Counted from the first letter of the stretch, positions 51,162 through 64,000 are shown. The stretch is DNA of 64,000 nucleotides from Mobula hypostoma (GCF_963921235.1 NC_086097.1:60762001-60826000), one strand, 5' to 3'. The notes: generated from the letters alone by a model not told the origin. A program made the numbers and translations.

Positions 51162-54160
51162 TCAGCATCCAGTTCCTGCCCTATCCCCATAACCTTTGAT
51201 TCCACTATCTTTCAGAGTTCTATCCATCTCTTTTTTGAAAACATCCAGAGACTTGACCTCCACAGCCTTCTGGGGCAGAGCATTCCACATATCCACCACT
51301 CTCTGGGTGAAAAAGTTTTTCCTTAACTCCGTTCTAAATGGCCTACCCCTAATTCTTAAACTGTGGCCTCTGGTTCTGGACTCACCCATCAGTGGGAACA
51401 TGTTTCCTGCCTGCAGCGTGTCCAATCCCTTAATAATCTTATATGTTTCAATAAGATCCCCTCTCAGCCTTCTAAATTCCAGAGTATACAAGTCCAGTCG
51501 CTCCAAACTTTCGACATATGACAGTCCCGCCATCTCAGGAATTAACCTTGTGAACCTACGCTGCACTCCCTCAATAGCAAGAATGTCCTTCCTCAAATTT
51601 GGAGACCAAAACTGCACACAGTACTCCAGGTGTGGTCTCACCAGGGCCCTGTACAGCTGCAGAAGGACCTCTTTGCTCTTATGCTCAATTCCCCTTGTTA
51701 TGAAGGCCAGCATGCCATTAGCTTTCTTCACTGCCTGCTGTACTTGCATGCTTGTTTTCAGTGACTGATGTACAAGAACACCTAGATCTCGTTGTGCTTC
51801 CCCTTTTCTTAACTGGACTCCATTTAGATAATAATCTGCCTTCCTGTTCTTACCACCAAAGTGGATAACCTCACATTTCTCCACATTAAACTGCATCTGC
51901 CATGCATCTGCCCAATCACCCAGCCTGTCCAAGTCACCCTGCAGTCTCATAACATCCTCCTCACATTTCACACTGCCACCCAGGTTTGTGTCATCGGCAA
52001 ATTTGCTAATGTTACTTTTAATTCCCTCATCTAAATCATAAATATATATTGTAAACAGCTGCAGTCGCAGCACTGAACCCTGCGGTACCCCCCGGTCACC
52101 GCCTGCCATTCCGAAAGGGACCCGTTAATCGCTACTCTTTGTTTTCTGTCAGCCAGCCAATTTTCAATCCATGTCAGTACTCTGCCCCCAATACTATGTG
52201 CCCTAATTTTGCCCACTAATCTCCTATGTGACACTTTATCAAAGGCTTTCTGAAAGTCCAGGTACACCACATCCACTGGCTCTCCCTTGTCCATTTTCAT
52301 AGTTACATCCTCAAAAAATTCCAGAAGATTAGTCAAGCATGATTTCCCCTTCGTAAATCCATGCTGACTTGGACCAATCCTGTTACTACTATCCAGATGT
52401 GTCATAATTTCATCTTTTATAATTGACTCCAGCATCTTTCCCACCACCAACGTCAGGCTCACCGGTCTATAATTCCCTGTTTTCTCTCTTTCTCCCTTCT
52501 TGAAGAGAGGGACAATATTAGCCACCCTCCAATCCACAGGAACTGATCCTGAATCTATAGAACATTGGAAAATGATTACCAATGTGTCCACGATTTCTAA
52601 AACCACCTCCTTAAGAACGCTGGGATGCAGACCATCAGGTCCCGGGGACTTACCAGCCTTCAGACCCAACAGCCTATCCAACACCATTTCCTGCCTAATA
52701 TAAATTTCCTTCAATTCATCCATTACCCTAGGTCCTTTGGACACTATTACATCTGGGAGATTGTTTGTGTCTTCCCTAGTGAAGACAGATCCAAAGTACC
52801 TGTTCAACTCATTTGCCATTTCCTTGTTCCCCATAATAAATTCACCGTCTACTGTCTTCAAGGGCCCAATTTTGGTCTTAACTATTTTTTTCCTTTTCAC
52901 ATACCTAAAGAAGCTTTTACTATCCTCCTTTATATTCTTGGCTAGTTTACCTTCATACCTCATTTTTTCTCCACGTATTGCCTTTTTAATTACCTTCTGT
53001 TGCTTTTTAAAAGTTTGCCAATCCTCCGGCTTCCCACTAGTCTTGGCTATGTTATACTTCTCTTTTATTTTTATACTGTCCATTACTTCCCTTGTCAGCC
53101 ACGGCCTCCCCTTACTCCCCTTAGAATCTTTCTTACTCTTTGGAATGAACTGATCCTGCACCTTCTGCATTATTCCCAGAAACACTTGCCATTGTTGTTC
53201 CACTGTCATCCCTGCTAGGGTATTGTTCCATTGAACTTTGGCCAGCTCCTCCCTCATAGCACCATAATTCCCTTTGTTCAACTGTAATACTGACACTTCC
53301 GAGTTTCCCTTCTCCCTCTCAAATTGTAGATTATAACTTATCATATTATGGTCACTACCTCCTAATGGCTCCTTTACCTCGAGGTCCTTGATCAAATCCC
53401 GTTCATTGCACAACACTAAATCTAGAATTGCATTCTCTCTGGTAGGCTCCAGTACAAGCTGTTCTAAGAATCCATCTCGGAGGGACTCCACAAACTCCCT
53501 TTCTTGGGGTCCAGTACCAACCTGATTCCTCCAGTCTACCTGCATGTTGAAGTCCCCCATAACAACTGTAGCATTACGTTTGCGACATGCCAATTTTAAC
53601 TCTTGATTCAACTTACACCCTACATCCAGACTACTGTTTGGGGGCCTGTAGATAACTCCCATTAGGGACTCTCTACCCTTAGAATTTCTCAGTTCTATCC
53701 ATACTGACTCTACGTCTCCCGATTCTATGTCCCCCCTCGCAAGGGACTGAATATCATTCCTCACCAACAGAGCCACCCCACTCCCTCTACCCATCAGTCT
53801 GTCCTTTTGATAGGATGTATAGCCTTGAATATTCGTTTCCCAGGCCCTGTCCACTTGAAGCCATGTCTCTGTTATTCCCACAACATCACACTTACCAATT
53901 TCCAACTGTGCCTCAAGCTCATCCACTTTAATTCTTATATTCCGTGCATCCATATACAATACTTTTAATTCATTACTCCCCTCACCTCCCATGTCAATTC
54001 CTATTTCACTTGGCCATACTGTACGATTCCTTCTTGAGATTTCTGCTCTGTTGATTCTGCTGTCATTCTTAACTTTTCTTATTCTCACTCTCCCTTTATC
54101 TCCATCCTTATGTTTCCAGTTCGTCCCCTCCCCCCTACTACCTAGTTTTAACACACCCAT
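51162..54160 (-). pseudogene. CR1 ORF2 (APE endonuclease and RT) with one frameshift near 52090
   Basis: GITETWL, YRPPN, MGDFN, GSDH, SPGPDG, YLDFQKAFDKV, GVPQGS and FADD motifs. The true start is probably near 53970. Confidence 0.88.
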
Positions 54161-54205
54161 GTTGCAGAGGCAAACCTGCCTGCCAGAAAGCTGGTGCCCC
54201 GCTTA

Positions 54206-55138
54206 TTAAGGTGCAATTTGTGCAATTTCATCCTTACCCCGAAACATACCCCAGTGGTCCAAGAATGTAAATCCTTGCTTCCTACACCAGTTCCTTAGCC
54301 ATGCATTCAGATTAATTATCTCCCTGTTCTTGACCACTCCAGCATGGGGAACTAGAAGCAAACCGGAGATAACCACGCTGGAAGTCCTGCTTTTCAGCCT
54401 TCTTCCGAGTTCTCTGAAGTCGTGCTGTAGAATGTCTTTCCTCTTCCTCCCCACGTCATTTGTGCTGACATGCACCACCACTTCTGGATGTTCACCTTCA
54501 CTCTTGAGGATTCCCTGCAATCGGTCCATGACATCCTGGATCCCGGCACCAGGGAGGCAACACACCATCCTTAAATCTCGCCTGTTGCCACAGAAACCCC
54601 TTTCTGTACCTCTCACTATGGAGTCCCCTACTACCACGGCTCTGTCTGACGTCTGTCTCCTCGACTTTTCCTCAGCACCAATTGTTGACTCGCAGACCCG
54701 TCCGCCTCTCAGACTGGCACTGTCTTCTGTCCCGACAGCTTCCAAGAGGGAGAACCTGTTTACGAGAGGCACATCTCCCGGGATCTCCTGTACTTCAAGC
54801 ATCCTTTCCTTGCTCATCGTCGTCCTCCTTCTCCCTTCCTGTATCCTGGGTGTAACGACCTCACTGTAGGTCCTGTCCAGAAAATTCTCGTTCTCCCGGA
54901 TTAACCTAACGTCATCCAGTTGCCTCTCCAGTGCTGCAACACGGTCCTTCAGAAGCTGAATCTGGACACATTTTCCGCAGGTGTAGGATCCAGAGGCACC
55001 ATCAGTGTCCCCAACCTCCCACATCATGCACGCAGCACACTGAATCAGTCTGGTGGTCATCTCTTCTCCACTTCTCCCCCTCTCCAACTGTGGTGTAGTC
55101 TCCACTCTCAGCCTCCTCGCCGAAGACTCCTGAGCCAA
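54206..55138 (-). CDS. CR1 ORF1: zinc finger, coiled coil and SGNH/GDSL esterase-like domain (C-terminus apparently damaged)
   Basis: CAACMMWE...YTCGKC; LKDRVAALERQL; VVVGDSIVRG, CLPGA, HVSTND, LNAWLRNWC. Confidence 0.8.
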   Translation of the reverse strand: MAQESSARRLRVETTPQLERGRSGEEMTTRLIQCAACMMWEVGDTDGASGSYTCGKCVQIQLLKDRVAALERQLDDVRLIRENENFLDRTYSEVVTPRIQEGRRRTTMSKERMLEVQEIPGDVPLVNRFSLLEAVGTEDSASLRGGRVCESTIGAEEKSRRQTSDRAVVVGDSIVRGTERGFCGNRRDLRMVCCLPGAGIQDVMDRLQGILKSEGEHPEVVVHVSTNDVGRKRKDILQHDFRELGRRLKSRTSSVVISGLLLVPHAGVVKNREIINLNAWLRNWCRKQGFTFLDHWGMFRGKDEIAQIAP

Positions 55139-56510
55139 AGACTCGCACTTTTCTCACAAGGCACTTCCCTCGACAAGGCTGCTTGACTAATACTCTGGAA
55201 TTCTTCTTGGTAAACCCTTTACTCACCATAAAAGTCTCTCCTTCTTTAAAACCTTAAAATTTATTTAATCCTTCCAAGCCTTTGCAAACCACAACCAACT
55301 ATCTTCCTCATTTATCTGGCTATTTATTTTAATTCAATTTGTTTTTGCAAGGTAATTGTTGACTTTTGATATACAAGAAATAATATACACCGTATATATT
55401 ATCAGGTAAAAAAGGAAAACACTTTAAGAAATAGTACCCTCAGTTACTTCAGACAATTGAGATTGCTAGGGAAGTAGATTGAAATGTAACAAGTCACAAG
55501 GTCTAGGAGGTGAAGCAATATCTTCAACATATAATAAACATATCTATTAAATACAATACAATATATAATAGCCATCTAAAAATAAACATACACATTATTT
55601 ATCTATGAGATAAAATATTCTGTTAATTATAGCTGAAAAATTCCACTGGATTTATCAGTGAAATAGATCTTGCTTCTAGGTTGTGAATTGCATGTAAACG
55701 TAAATGTCGAATTCACTGAACATGGAACATAGAACAGTATAACATTATGGCCCTTCAGCCCATAATTTTCTGCTGAACCAATTAAATTAGTAACCGAATA
55801 GATAACTAAACTATTCTCTTCTGCCTACTCAACAGTATGTCCATATCCTTTCGTTTTCCTCACATTCATGTGTCTGATCTCTATCCAAAGAACAAAAAGG
55901 AAATGTTAGGTCCCATTCATTGTCTGTAATGAAATCTACAACAGTGTCTTTGGTTGCATAATTAGAAACAAACTGTCAGAGCTGTGCTTTGACCATTTTT
56001 TGATTAATGCACTATGCCCTTACTTAGACAATATTGTGTTTTAGGCTGACTGACCTGATTTCACTGCAGCTGCATGCCATCTTTAATAGGGAACTAATTA
56101 GAGCCAGGAAAATATTGAATTGAGGGTGTCCCCATGGTACAGTGATAGAGTATGCACATTCCAAGCAGGATTGAGTAATAATGACATTAAGTTTCCGAGG
56201 AGTTTTATTCTAGTTGATGATTCATATTCATACTTGGTATAGGCCAGCCTCTTTGGATCCAGACCTTCTTTACTTGTTGAGAAAAGACAAGAGCAGTTTC
56301 ATTTTGTTTAAGTCACAATGCACATTAAAACTCATGGTACGGAAAGGCACATTCATCATTCAGAACTCCTCCCCAATGTGACTCAACAAAAAGTCAGTGA
56401 CACATTTTAAGCAAAAATTGGAAACTGTTTTGAGAGAAGTCTCCAGCCTGCCACAGATTATCCTGATTCCAACTTAGTGAAAATCAAAGATTTTTGTCAA
56501 AGCCGCTTAC

Positions 56511-56546
56511 TTGTGGAAGAAGGTTAACCACTGGGTGATAGTAAAC
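56511..56546 (-). other. Candidate 36-nt frame-preserving microexon of an unidentified host gene
   Basis: Minus strand TTCATTTTTATCTGCCAG|GTTTAC...CCACAA|GTAAGC within repeat-poor sequence; open in two frames. No transcript evidence available. Confidence 0.3.
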
Positions 56547-57894
56547 CTGGCAGATAAAAATGAACTTAGGTGTCAAAGCAACATTTAACACAGTGTTTGG
56601 TGCATTTGAAATGCACTGTATAGATCCTGAAAGTGGACACTCGTTGTATCGGTGAGAAAACTGACATTTAGAATTACACCTGCTGGCCGGCATTACAAGA
56701 GCGAGCGTGAGTACATGTGCTAACATATTCAGCAATGGTTTCTGCGAGGCAGGCAGCTTAAACTGGCCATGAACTGGGTTGTATTATAGAGCAGATAGAA
56801 GTAACATTGAGCAAAATGGAAAAAAAAAATGAATATTTCACTTGTTTCCTGGATTGTTCATCTGGCATAGTAAATTTAATTTCCCTGTTTCTCATTTTAT
56901 TGATGTCATTGGACCTACAGAATGCTTTGAGGATGTTTTTTATATTTACTTTTATTTTGGATTTCTACTGTTCAAAGCATTATTTAAGGTTTATTTGAAG
57001 TTTTGCTGTTCCAGCCACCAAACCAAATACGGAATTTTTTCAGCTTTGCTAAGCATCCTATATGAAAACTAGTATCATTTCAATGAACAAGTTTTTTTTG
57101 GGAAATGCAAATAAAATTACTTATGGTATATGCCACATTGCAAATTAATTGTCTCTCTACAACTGGGATCATCATCTGTTCAAACTGATGTTCAGTCAAT
57201 TTCACATTAATCAAGAAATGAGAAAACTTACTTGCAATGGGAATTTACAAACATTAAAATAGGTTCGACTGTGGTTTATTTATTCAATAATGTCAAATCC
57301 AAATGTAATCCTATCATTGCAATTGACAGCACCTGGGAATGGTAACCAATTTAACAATGTTTGCACACACATGATTTGAAGTCATTCATTAAATATATTA
57401 ATCTGCATAATTTCAACATGAAGAATTTTAAGCACTATGGCAGTGATGAAAACAGAGTTCTGGAGTGAAGATAAAGGCTATGAATCAAATCTCCTGGTGA
57501 CACATTTGCAAAAGGTACAAAAGGATTTTTAGTTTTGCCAATTTATGGTAAGTACCACAAAAATTTCTTCAGATTTTTAGTCCAAAAATAATAATACTAT
57601 TAAATGAACACAATATCAATTGGGACTTATGAACTTTTTAATGTTGTAAATGACACCAAGAAACTCTGCAGAAGCATTATCATACAAATACCTAGAAATT
57701 AGAGTTCATATTAGTCAAAATGCAAAGCAAATGCTCAATTGAGAAAAGGGTAAAACAAAAACTTGCAGGAAAAAGTTGGTCCATGAACAAAAATGTTACC
57801 TGCATTGTTTTCGATAGTGTCTAGCTGTTGAGGTTGCAACGATCACGTCATTACTCTGAAATGTCCTAGTTTGAGAACTTTTGAAAAGGCTAAG

Positions 57895-58160
57895 ATAGCC
57901 TGAAAGCACATACTGCCAAGCTCGAGGTCTGGTTCTACACCACCATGACAAAACTATTGAACAGACCACTAGAATGATAGGATGGTCTCTTGTACCTTAT
58001 TGTCTGCCTGCACTGCACTTTTCCTGTAACTGTAACACTTTATTCTCCATTCTGTAATTGTGTTCTCTCAGTACACTGTTGTGATAAAATGATCTGTATG
58101 GACGGTTTGCTGTGCATGTTTTTCACTCTACCTCAGCACATGTAAAAATAATAAACCACT
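57895..58160 (+). mobile_element. Rex1/Babar-type 3' UTR remnant
   Basis: Typical decayed 3' UTR ending CATGTAAAAATAATAAACCA. Confidence 0.5.
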
Positions 58161-58199
58161 TTTTTGGTTTATTATTGGACTTCCTCTTGTGGTTTTCCT

Positions 58200-58815
58200 C
58201 TTCCCTTTTCTCCCACGGCCCATTCTCCTGTCCTATCAGATTCCTTTTACAGCCCTTTAACTTTTCTATCTCCCAGCAATCACTTCATTTCCCTACCCCA
58301 CCCACCTTCTACTCAGCTGGTTTCACCTCTCACCTTCCGGGTTGTACACCTTCCTCTCCACCACCTTCTATTTTGATTCCATTTGTTTTGAGATACAATG
58401 TGGATCAGGCTCCAATGAGCCACACTGTCCAACAGCCCACCTATTTACAGCCCGCCTAATCACAGGACAATTTACAGTGAGCAATTAACCTACTAATTGG
58501 TAAGTGGAAGGAGACCGAAACATCTGGATATCAGCATATCTTACAGAAGATGCTGGAATTGAACTCTGAACAGATGCTTTAAGCTGTAATAGCACTATGT
58601 CACCCACTACACTACTGTTGCACCCCTTTAATCCCTTTCCCCACCTTCTTATTCTGGTTACTTTTCCCTTCCTCTCCAGTCCTGATAAAGGGACTCAGCA
58701 CGAAATATTGACTTTTTATTCCCTTCCATAGATGCTGCCTGAATTGTAGAGTTCGTCCAGCATTTTGTGTGTGTTGCTCTGGATTTCCAGCATCTGCAGA
58801 ACCTCTTGTGTTTAT
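58200..58815 (+). mobile_element. Decayed Penelope 3' region with degenerate hammerhead; a V-SINE-like element is inserted at ~58380-58625 on the minus strand
   Basis: CAGTCCTGATAAAGGGACTCAGCACGAAATATTGACT...AGATGCTGCC...CCAGCATCTGCAG at 58677-58800; CT-rich pLTR body; SINE-like GGACAATTTACAGTGAGCAATTAACCTAC. Confidence 0.6.
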
Positions 58816-59172
58816 AAATAATGTGCTAATCGTACTTGGTTTGTGGACAGCTTTCCTTCTGCTATTTCATTTCAATGGCACTTGGTTGTACGGTTCATGG
58901 AGCTGAATAAAAATATATTAACTGCCATTATTTGGGTGCTATTTCCTATTTGCTCAGATGGGTTCTTCATTTTCTTCTGCTCTTGCATCTTCTATATAGA
59001 AATTTGAAAAGGTGCAAAGGACTTATTCACTGTAAAGAAACAACATGTAGCTGACACATTACTGACCAGAACCACATTCCCATCACAGTCACTCTGCTGT
59101 AACAATGCCTAGCTGCATGAAGGACAAATATATCACATTGTCATTGGCAAGTCTACAGCCTCAATAAATCTA

Positions 59173-59985
59173 TTGTGGATTTCAGTTAATTGGGGCACCT
59201 TAGGGCCAGTACATTTTAGCTCAGTTAAGCGACTCCCAATTAGCCAAAGTTTCAAGGGAATAATTCAATTGTATAAAAAAGAAAAACTACCATTTAACTG
59301 AGTAACAATTTATGTATTTAAATGAATGACAGAACAAATTGGATGCTACTAATACCTCTACAGTATTTTAAAACTGTATATTTGTTTCTCATATTTATCA
59401 ACAGAGGAATTCATCTGCCATGTTCATTTGATTGACTGTCAATTAACAAAATGAGCTCAGACGCCTAGTCCAGATAATAGACAGTCTTCACACAATGCTT
59501 TAGATATTTACATCCTCCAAATATTTATTTTTATTGTAATATTCAAGATGATTGTCAATACCTTCATAATTCCTAACTGGTTGAAGTAGTGAAATCACTT
59601 CATTTTCACTCCTCACCATTTCTGGCATCTCCAAGCCTAAATGTTTGAAACCGCAGTGAGCAAAACAGTTTGGCAATGTCTTTCTGCTTATTTCTTGCCA
59701 ACTATTAGTGTCAAAAATTATTGCTTTTTGAACACAAACACACGCAACTGAGGCTATTTAAAAGCGGATTGCTGTAAGCAGAGGAGTTACTAATCGGCAT
59801 GACAGTGCGAGCGATAGATGCTATTTAGAACCTGTTCGACAACAGTCTCCTGCCTCAATTAAGCAGAATAGAATAAATGAAGGGAATCACGGCTACTTTA
59901 TCAATTTAGTTTATGTTCTTTAAGCGTTGTCCCAAATAAATGGCTGCCTTGATTAACTGATAACCCAGTTAACGAGAATCTGCTG
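59173..59985 (-). mobile_element. Second Tigger-like non-autonomous element, inverted relative to 31871-32959
   Basis: Termini GTGGATTTCAGTTAATTGG and CCAGTTAACGAGAATCTGCTG; internal CAGTGAGCAAAACAG and GCTTTTTGAACACAA are reverse complements of sequence at ~31980-32063. Confidence 0.65.
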
Positions 59986-60059
59986 CGCTCTCTAATCGGG
60001 GAATGAAGCTTAGAGAGTGAGTTAGTGGTCATTCAATCAGCAATTACAGAATGGAATAT

Positions 60060-61400
60060 ACATTAGTATAGCAGAGGAACATTATATCTGCACCAGTGAA
60101 GATGCCAATCTGAACAAATCCCACCTGCTTGCATTTGGTCTGCAATTGTATTTGCATCTCTCTATTCTCAGCATAGTCATGTGTCTATCTAAATGTTTAT
60201 TAAATGTTGCCTTTTTACCAGCTTGTACCACCTTCACCTGGCAGCACATTCCAGACACTTACCACCCTCTGTACAAATAAAAAATTTACTTCGCATATGT
60301 CCTTTGAACACTCCCCTTCTCACCTTAAAGTTATGACAATTAGTATTTGAATTTTTTTTCCATTCTGGGCAAAAGACTCTGATTATCTATCCAATCTTTG
60401 CCTTTCATAGCTTTAGAAACTGCTGTAAGTATGCATCTCAGTCTCTGAAGCTCCAGAGAAAACAATAAAAGTTTGTCCAACCTCTCTTCTTGCTAAAACA
60501 CTCTGTTCCAGACAACGTCCTTTGAACTTCTTTTGCACCTTCTCCTTTCTATAATGTGGTGACCAGAACTGTGCGCCACACTCCATACCTAATGAAAATT
60601 TTATACAATTGCTACCTGAATACTTGACCATTGTATTCAGTGCACTGACCGCTGAAGGCAAACATACATGCACCTTCTTTACAAACTTATACACTTGTCA
60701 CCTGCATCCAGAGATCCCTCTATATATCAATGCTCCTCAGGGTCTTGCCATTTACTCTATACTTTCCTCTTACATTGAACCCCCCACAGTGCAATTTTTC
60801 ACATTTGTCCAACTCCATCTGCTATTTTTCTGCCCAAGTCTCATATGATCAATGTCCTACTTTATCTTTAGGCAAATTTCCTTACTACCAACAGCTCCAT
60901 CAATTTTTGTGTTGTCTACAAGTTTACTAAGTAGACCTCCTGCATTTTTATCAAGGACATTTACATATATTATGAACAATAGAGGTCCAAGCAATGATTG
61001 TTGCAGAACGCCTCTGGCCACAAACTTTCAGCTAGAATAACATCCCTTCACCACTATCATTTGTCTCCTATGACCAAGCCAATTTTGTGTCCAATTTACC
61101 AACTCACCATTAATCCCAAGTGCCTTAATCTGCTGGACCAGCCTATCATGGGCAACCTTAACAAGTGCTTTACTAAAGTGGATGTAGGCAACATCCACTG
61201 CCCTACTGTCATCAATCATCTTCTTCACTTCATTAAAAAGCATAATCAAATTTGTATCAGTACCTTCCCTCATACAAAGCCAGTCTAACTATCCCTCATA
61301 ACTCAATGCTTTTCTAAGTGCAAGGAAATCCTATCTGCAGGGGCCTTCTCCAATGATTTCCCCTCTACTGATGAATGATTCACTGGCCTGTTGGAAGGTA
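60060..61400 (-). mobile_element. Decayed CR1 LINE
   Basis: ORFs 60413..60694 (QFWSPHYRK) and 61028..61273 (DVAYIHFSKALVKV). Confidence 0.75.
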
Positions 61401-61667
61401 ATAGTTGAAGGCTGAAGATGATGGAATCTGTTCATAGAGGAAGGTGGAACATAAACTAAAGGAAAGGAGTTCAGACAGTTAGGGAGGAGAGAGAAAAGGG
61501 ATAGAGAGAGAAGTTTATCTGAAATTAGAGCTGGACCCTGAAGGCAGCAGGGACCAGACTCATGTGTTTGTGTGTGGGACCCTGCTAACTTCTTCCTCTG
61601 TTTCCATTTGTGGTCCCCATCTCCCTCATGATTCCTCACTCTACTTTCCTCTTCTATTTGATTCCAT

Positions 61668-64000
61668 CATAGAAACATAGAAAACCTACAGCACAATATA
61701 GGCCCTTCAGCCCACAAAGCTGTGCCGAACATGTCCCTACCTTAGAACTACCCAGGCTTTAACCATAGCCCTCTATTTTTCTAAGCTCCATGTAGCCATC
61801 CAGGAGTATCTTAAAAGACTCTATTGTTTCCGCCTCCACCACCACCGCAGGCAGCCCATTCCACGCACTCACCACTCTCTGCGTAAAAAACTTACCCCTG
61901 ACATTTTGTCTGTACCTACTTCCAAGCACCTTAAAAATATGCCCTCTCTTGCTAGCCATTTCAGCCCTGGAGAAAAGCCTCTGACTCTTCAAACGATCAA
62001 TGACTCTCATTAACTTGTGCACCTCTATCAAGTCACCGCTCAACCTCCGTCACTCCAAGGAGAAAAGGCCAAGTTCACTCAACCTGTTCTCATAAGGCAT
62101 GCTCCCCAATCCAGGCAATATCCTTGTAAGTCTCCTCTGCACTCTTTCTATGGATTCTACATCCTTCCTATAGTGAGGCGACCAGAATTGAGCACCGTGC
62201 TCCAAGCGAGGTCTGACCAGGGTCCTATATAGCTGCATCATTAACTCTCGGCTCTTAAACTCAATCCCATGATTGATGAAGGCCAATGGAAACTATGCCT
62301 CCTTAACCACAAAATCAACCTGTGTAGCAGGTTTGAGTGTCCTATGGACTCAGACTCCAAGATCCCTCTGATCCTCCACACTACCAAGAGTCTTACCATT
62401 AATGTTATATTCTGCCATCATATTTGACTTACCAAAATGAACCACCTCATACTTAGCAACACACATCAAAGTTGCTGGTGAATGCAGCAGGCCAGGCAGC
62501 ATCTTTAGGAAGAGGTACAGTCGACGTTTTGGGCCAAGACACTTCATCTGGACTGACGAAGGGTCTTGGCCCGAAACGTTGACTGTACCTGTTCCTAGAG
62601 ATGCTGCCTGGCCTGCTGCATTCACCAGCAACTTTGATGTGTGTTGCTTGAATTTCCAGCATCTGCAGATTTCCTCATGTTTGCACTTCATACTTACCTG
62701 GATTGAACTCCATCTGCCACTTCTCAGCCCAGTTTTGCATCCTATCACTGTCCCAATGTAACATCTGACAGCCCTCCACACTATCCACAACACCTCCAAC
62801 CTTTGTGTCATCAGCAGATTTACTAACCCATCCCTCCACTTCTTCATCTAGGTCATTTATAAAAATCACAAAGAGAAGGGGGTCCCAGAACAGATCCCTG
62901 AGGCACACCACTGGTCACCAACCTCCATGCAGAATATGACCCATCCACAACCACTCTTTGCCTTCTGTGGGCAAGCCATTTCTGGATCCACAAGGCAATG
63001 CTCCCTTGGATCCCATATCTCTTTACTTTCTCAATAAGCCTTGCATGGTGTACCTTATCAAATGCCTTGCTAAAATCCATATGCGCTACATCTATGGCTC
63101 TACCTTCATCAATGTGCTTAGTCACATCTTCAAAAAATACAACCAGGCTCGTAAGGCGCAACGTGCCTTTGACAAAGCCATGCTGCGTATTCCTAATCAT
63201 ATTATGCCTTTCCAAATGTTCATAAATCCTCCCCAGGATCTTCTCCATCAACTTACCAGCCACTGAAGTAAGACTCACTGGCCTATAATTTCCTGGGCTA
63301 TCCCTACTCCCTTTCTTGAATAAGGGAACAACTTCTGCAACTCTCCAATCCTCCAGAACTTCTCCCATCCTCATTGATGATGCAAAGGTCAATGCCAGAG
63401 GCTCAGCAATCTCCTCCCTCGCTCCCAATGTAGTTTGGGATACATCCTGTCCGGTCTTAGTTAATTATCCAACTTGATGCTTTCCAAAAACTCCAGCACA
63501 TCCTATTTCTTAATATCTACATTCTCAAGCTTTTCAGTCCACTGCAAGTCATCCCTACAATCACCAAGATCCTTTTCCGTAGTGAATACTGAAGCAAAGT
63601 ATTTATTAAGTACCTCTGGTTCCATATACACTTTTCCATTGTCACACTTGATTGGTCCTATTCACTCACCTCTTATCCTCTTGCTCTTCACATACTTGTA
63701 GAATGCCTTTGGGTTTTTCTTAATCCTGTCCGCCAAGGCCTTCTCGTGGCCCCTTCTGGCTCTACTAATTTCATTCTTAAGCTCCTTCCTGCTAGCCTTA
63801 TAATCTTCTAGATTCATATCATTACCTAATTTTTTGAATCTTTCGTAAGCTCTTCTTTTCTTCTTGAATAGATTTACAACAGCCTTTGTGCACCACGGAT
63901 CTTGGACCCTACCATCCTTTCCATGTCTGATCGGAACGTACCTACTCAGAACCCCACTCAAATATCCCCTGGACATTTGCCACATTTCTTCTGTACGTTT
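61668..64000 (-). mobile_element. CR1 LINE running off the window end, interrupted by a Penelope mini-element
   Basis: ORFs 61759..62043, 62050..62286, 62675..62911, 62853..63428 and 63662..63985; (TTTCTATG)n tail at 61668-61684. Confidence 0.9.
62456..62683. mobile_element. Palindromic Penelope mini-element with back-to-back hammerhead motifs
   Basis: About 95-bp inverted arms closely matching 28365-28463. TSD CAC(C/T)TCATACTTA at 62443-62455 and 62684-62696. Plus-strand CTGACGA...GAAACGTT at 62553-62580. Confidence 0.88.

Larger units (their letters stand above)
51078..55250 (-). mobile_element. Near full-length CR1 LINE (ORF1 and ORF2)
   Basis: ORF1 54206..55138; ORF2 52031..54160 frameshifted into 51162..52109; (CTATTGT)n-like tail at 51078. 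Closely related to 37884-40277. Confidence 0.93.

Noticed and set aside
62350..62847. 165-aa ORF spanning a CR1/Penelope junction
   Set aside because: Chance read-through across an insertion in a decayed LINE.
1..64000. CRISPR arrays, rRNA, true tRNA genes, or prokaryotic operons/retrons
   Set aside because: No repeat-spacer arrays or operon structure are present. All RT domains belong to eukaryotic retrotransposon clades, and the only clear tRNA-like sequence is a SINE head.

Overview
Eukaryotic, transposon-saturated vertebrate genomic DNA. The repeat spectrum (abundant CR1 LINEs, Rex1/Babar, Penelope, V-SINE-like elements) points to a cartilaginous fish such as a ray or shark; this is inference. 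No recognisable intact host gene is present, and almost every listed ORF is a retroelement/transposon remnant or its antisense shadow. The window holds many CR1 copies (one near full length with ORF1 and ORF2), a full-length Rex1/Babar LINE, a near full-length Hero/R2-type RLE retrotransposon with a tandem extra 3' end, two Nimb/I-type LINEs, two Gypsy LTR relics, Penelope elements with hammerhead ribozyme motifs, Tc1/mariner and pogo/Tigger DNA transposons and RTE-type SINEs, often nested. The most striking observation is a Gypsy LTR element (6332-~9487, minus) whose RNase H/integrase region is replaced by an intronless piece of a myosin heavy-chain rod, most like MYH16, read in frame with the RT. 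Also notable are self-palindromic Penelope mini-elements with their own target-site duplications and a candidate 36-nt microexon in a repeat-poor island near 56.5 kb. All family assignments come from recalled motifs; no database search was run.
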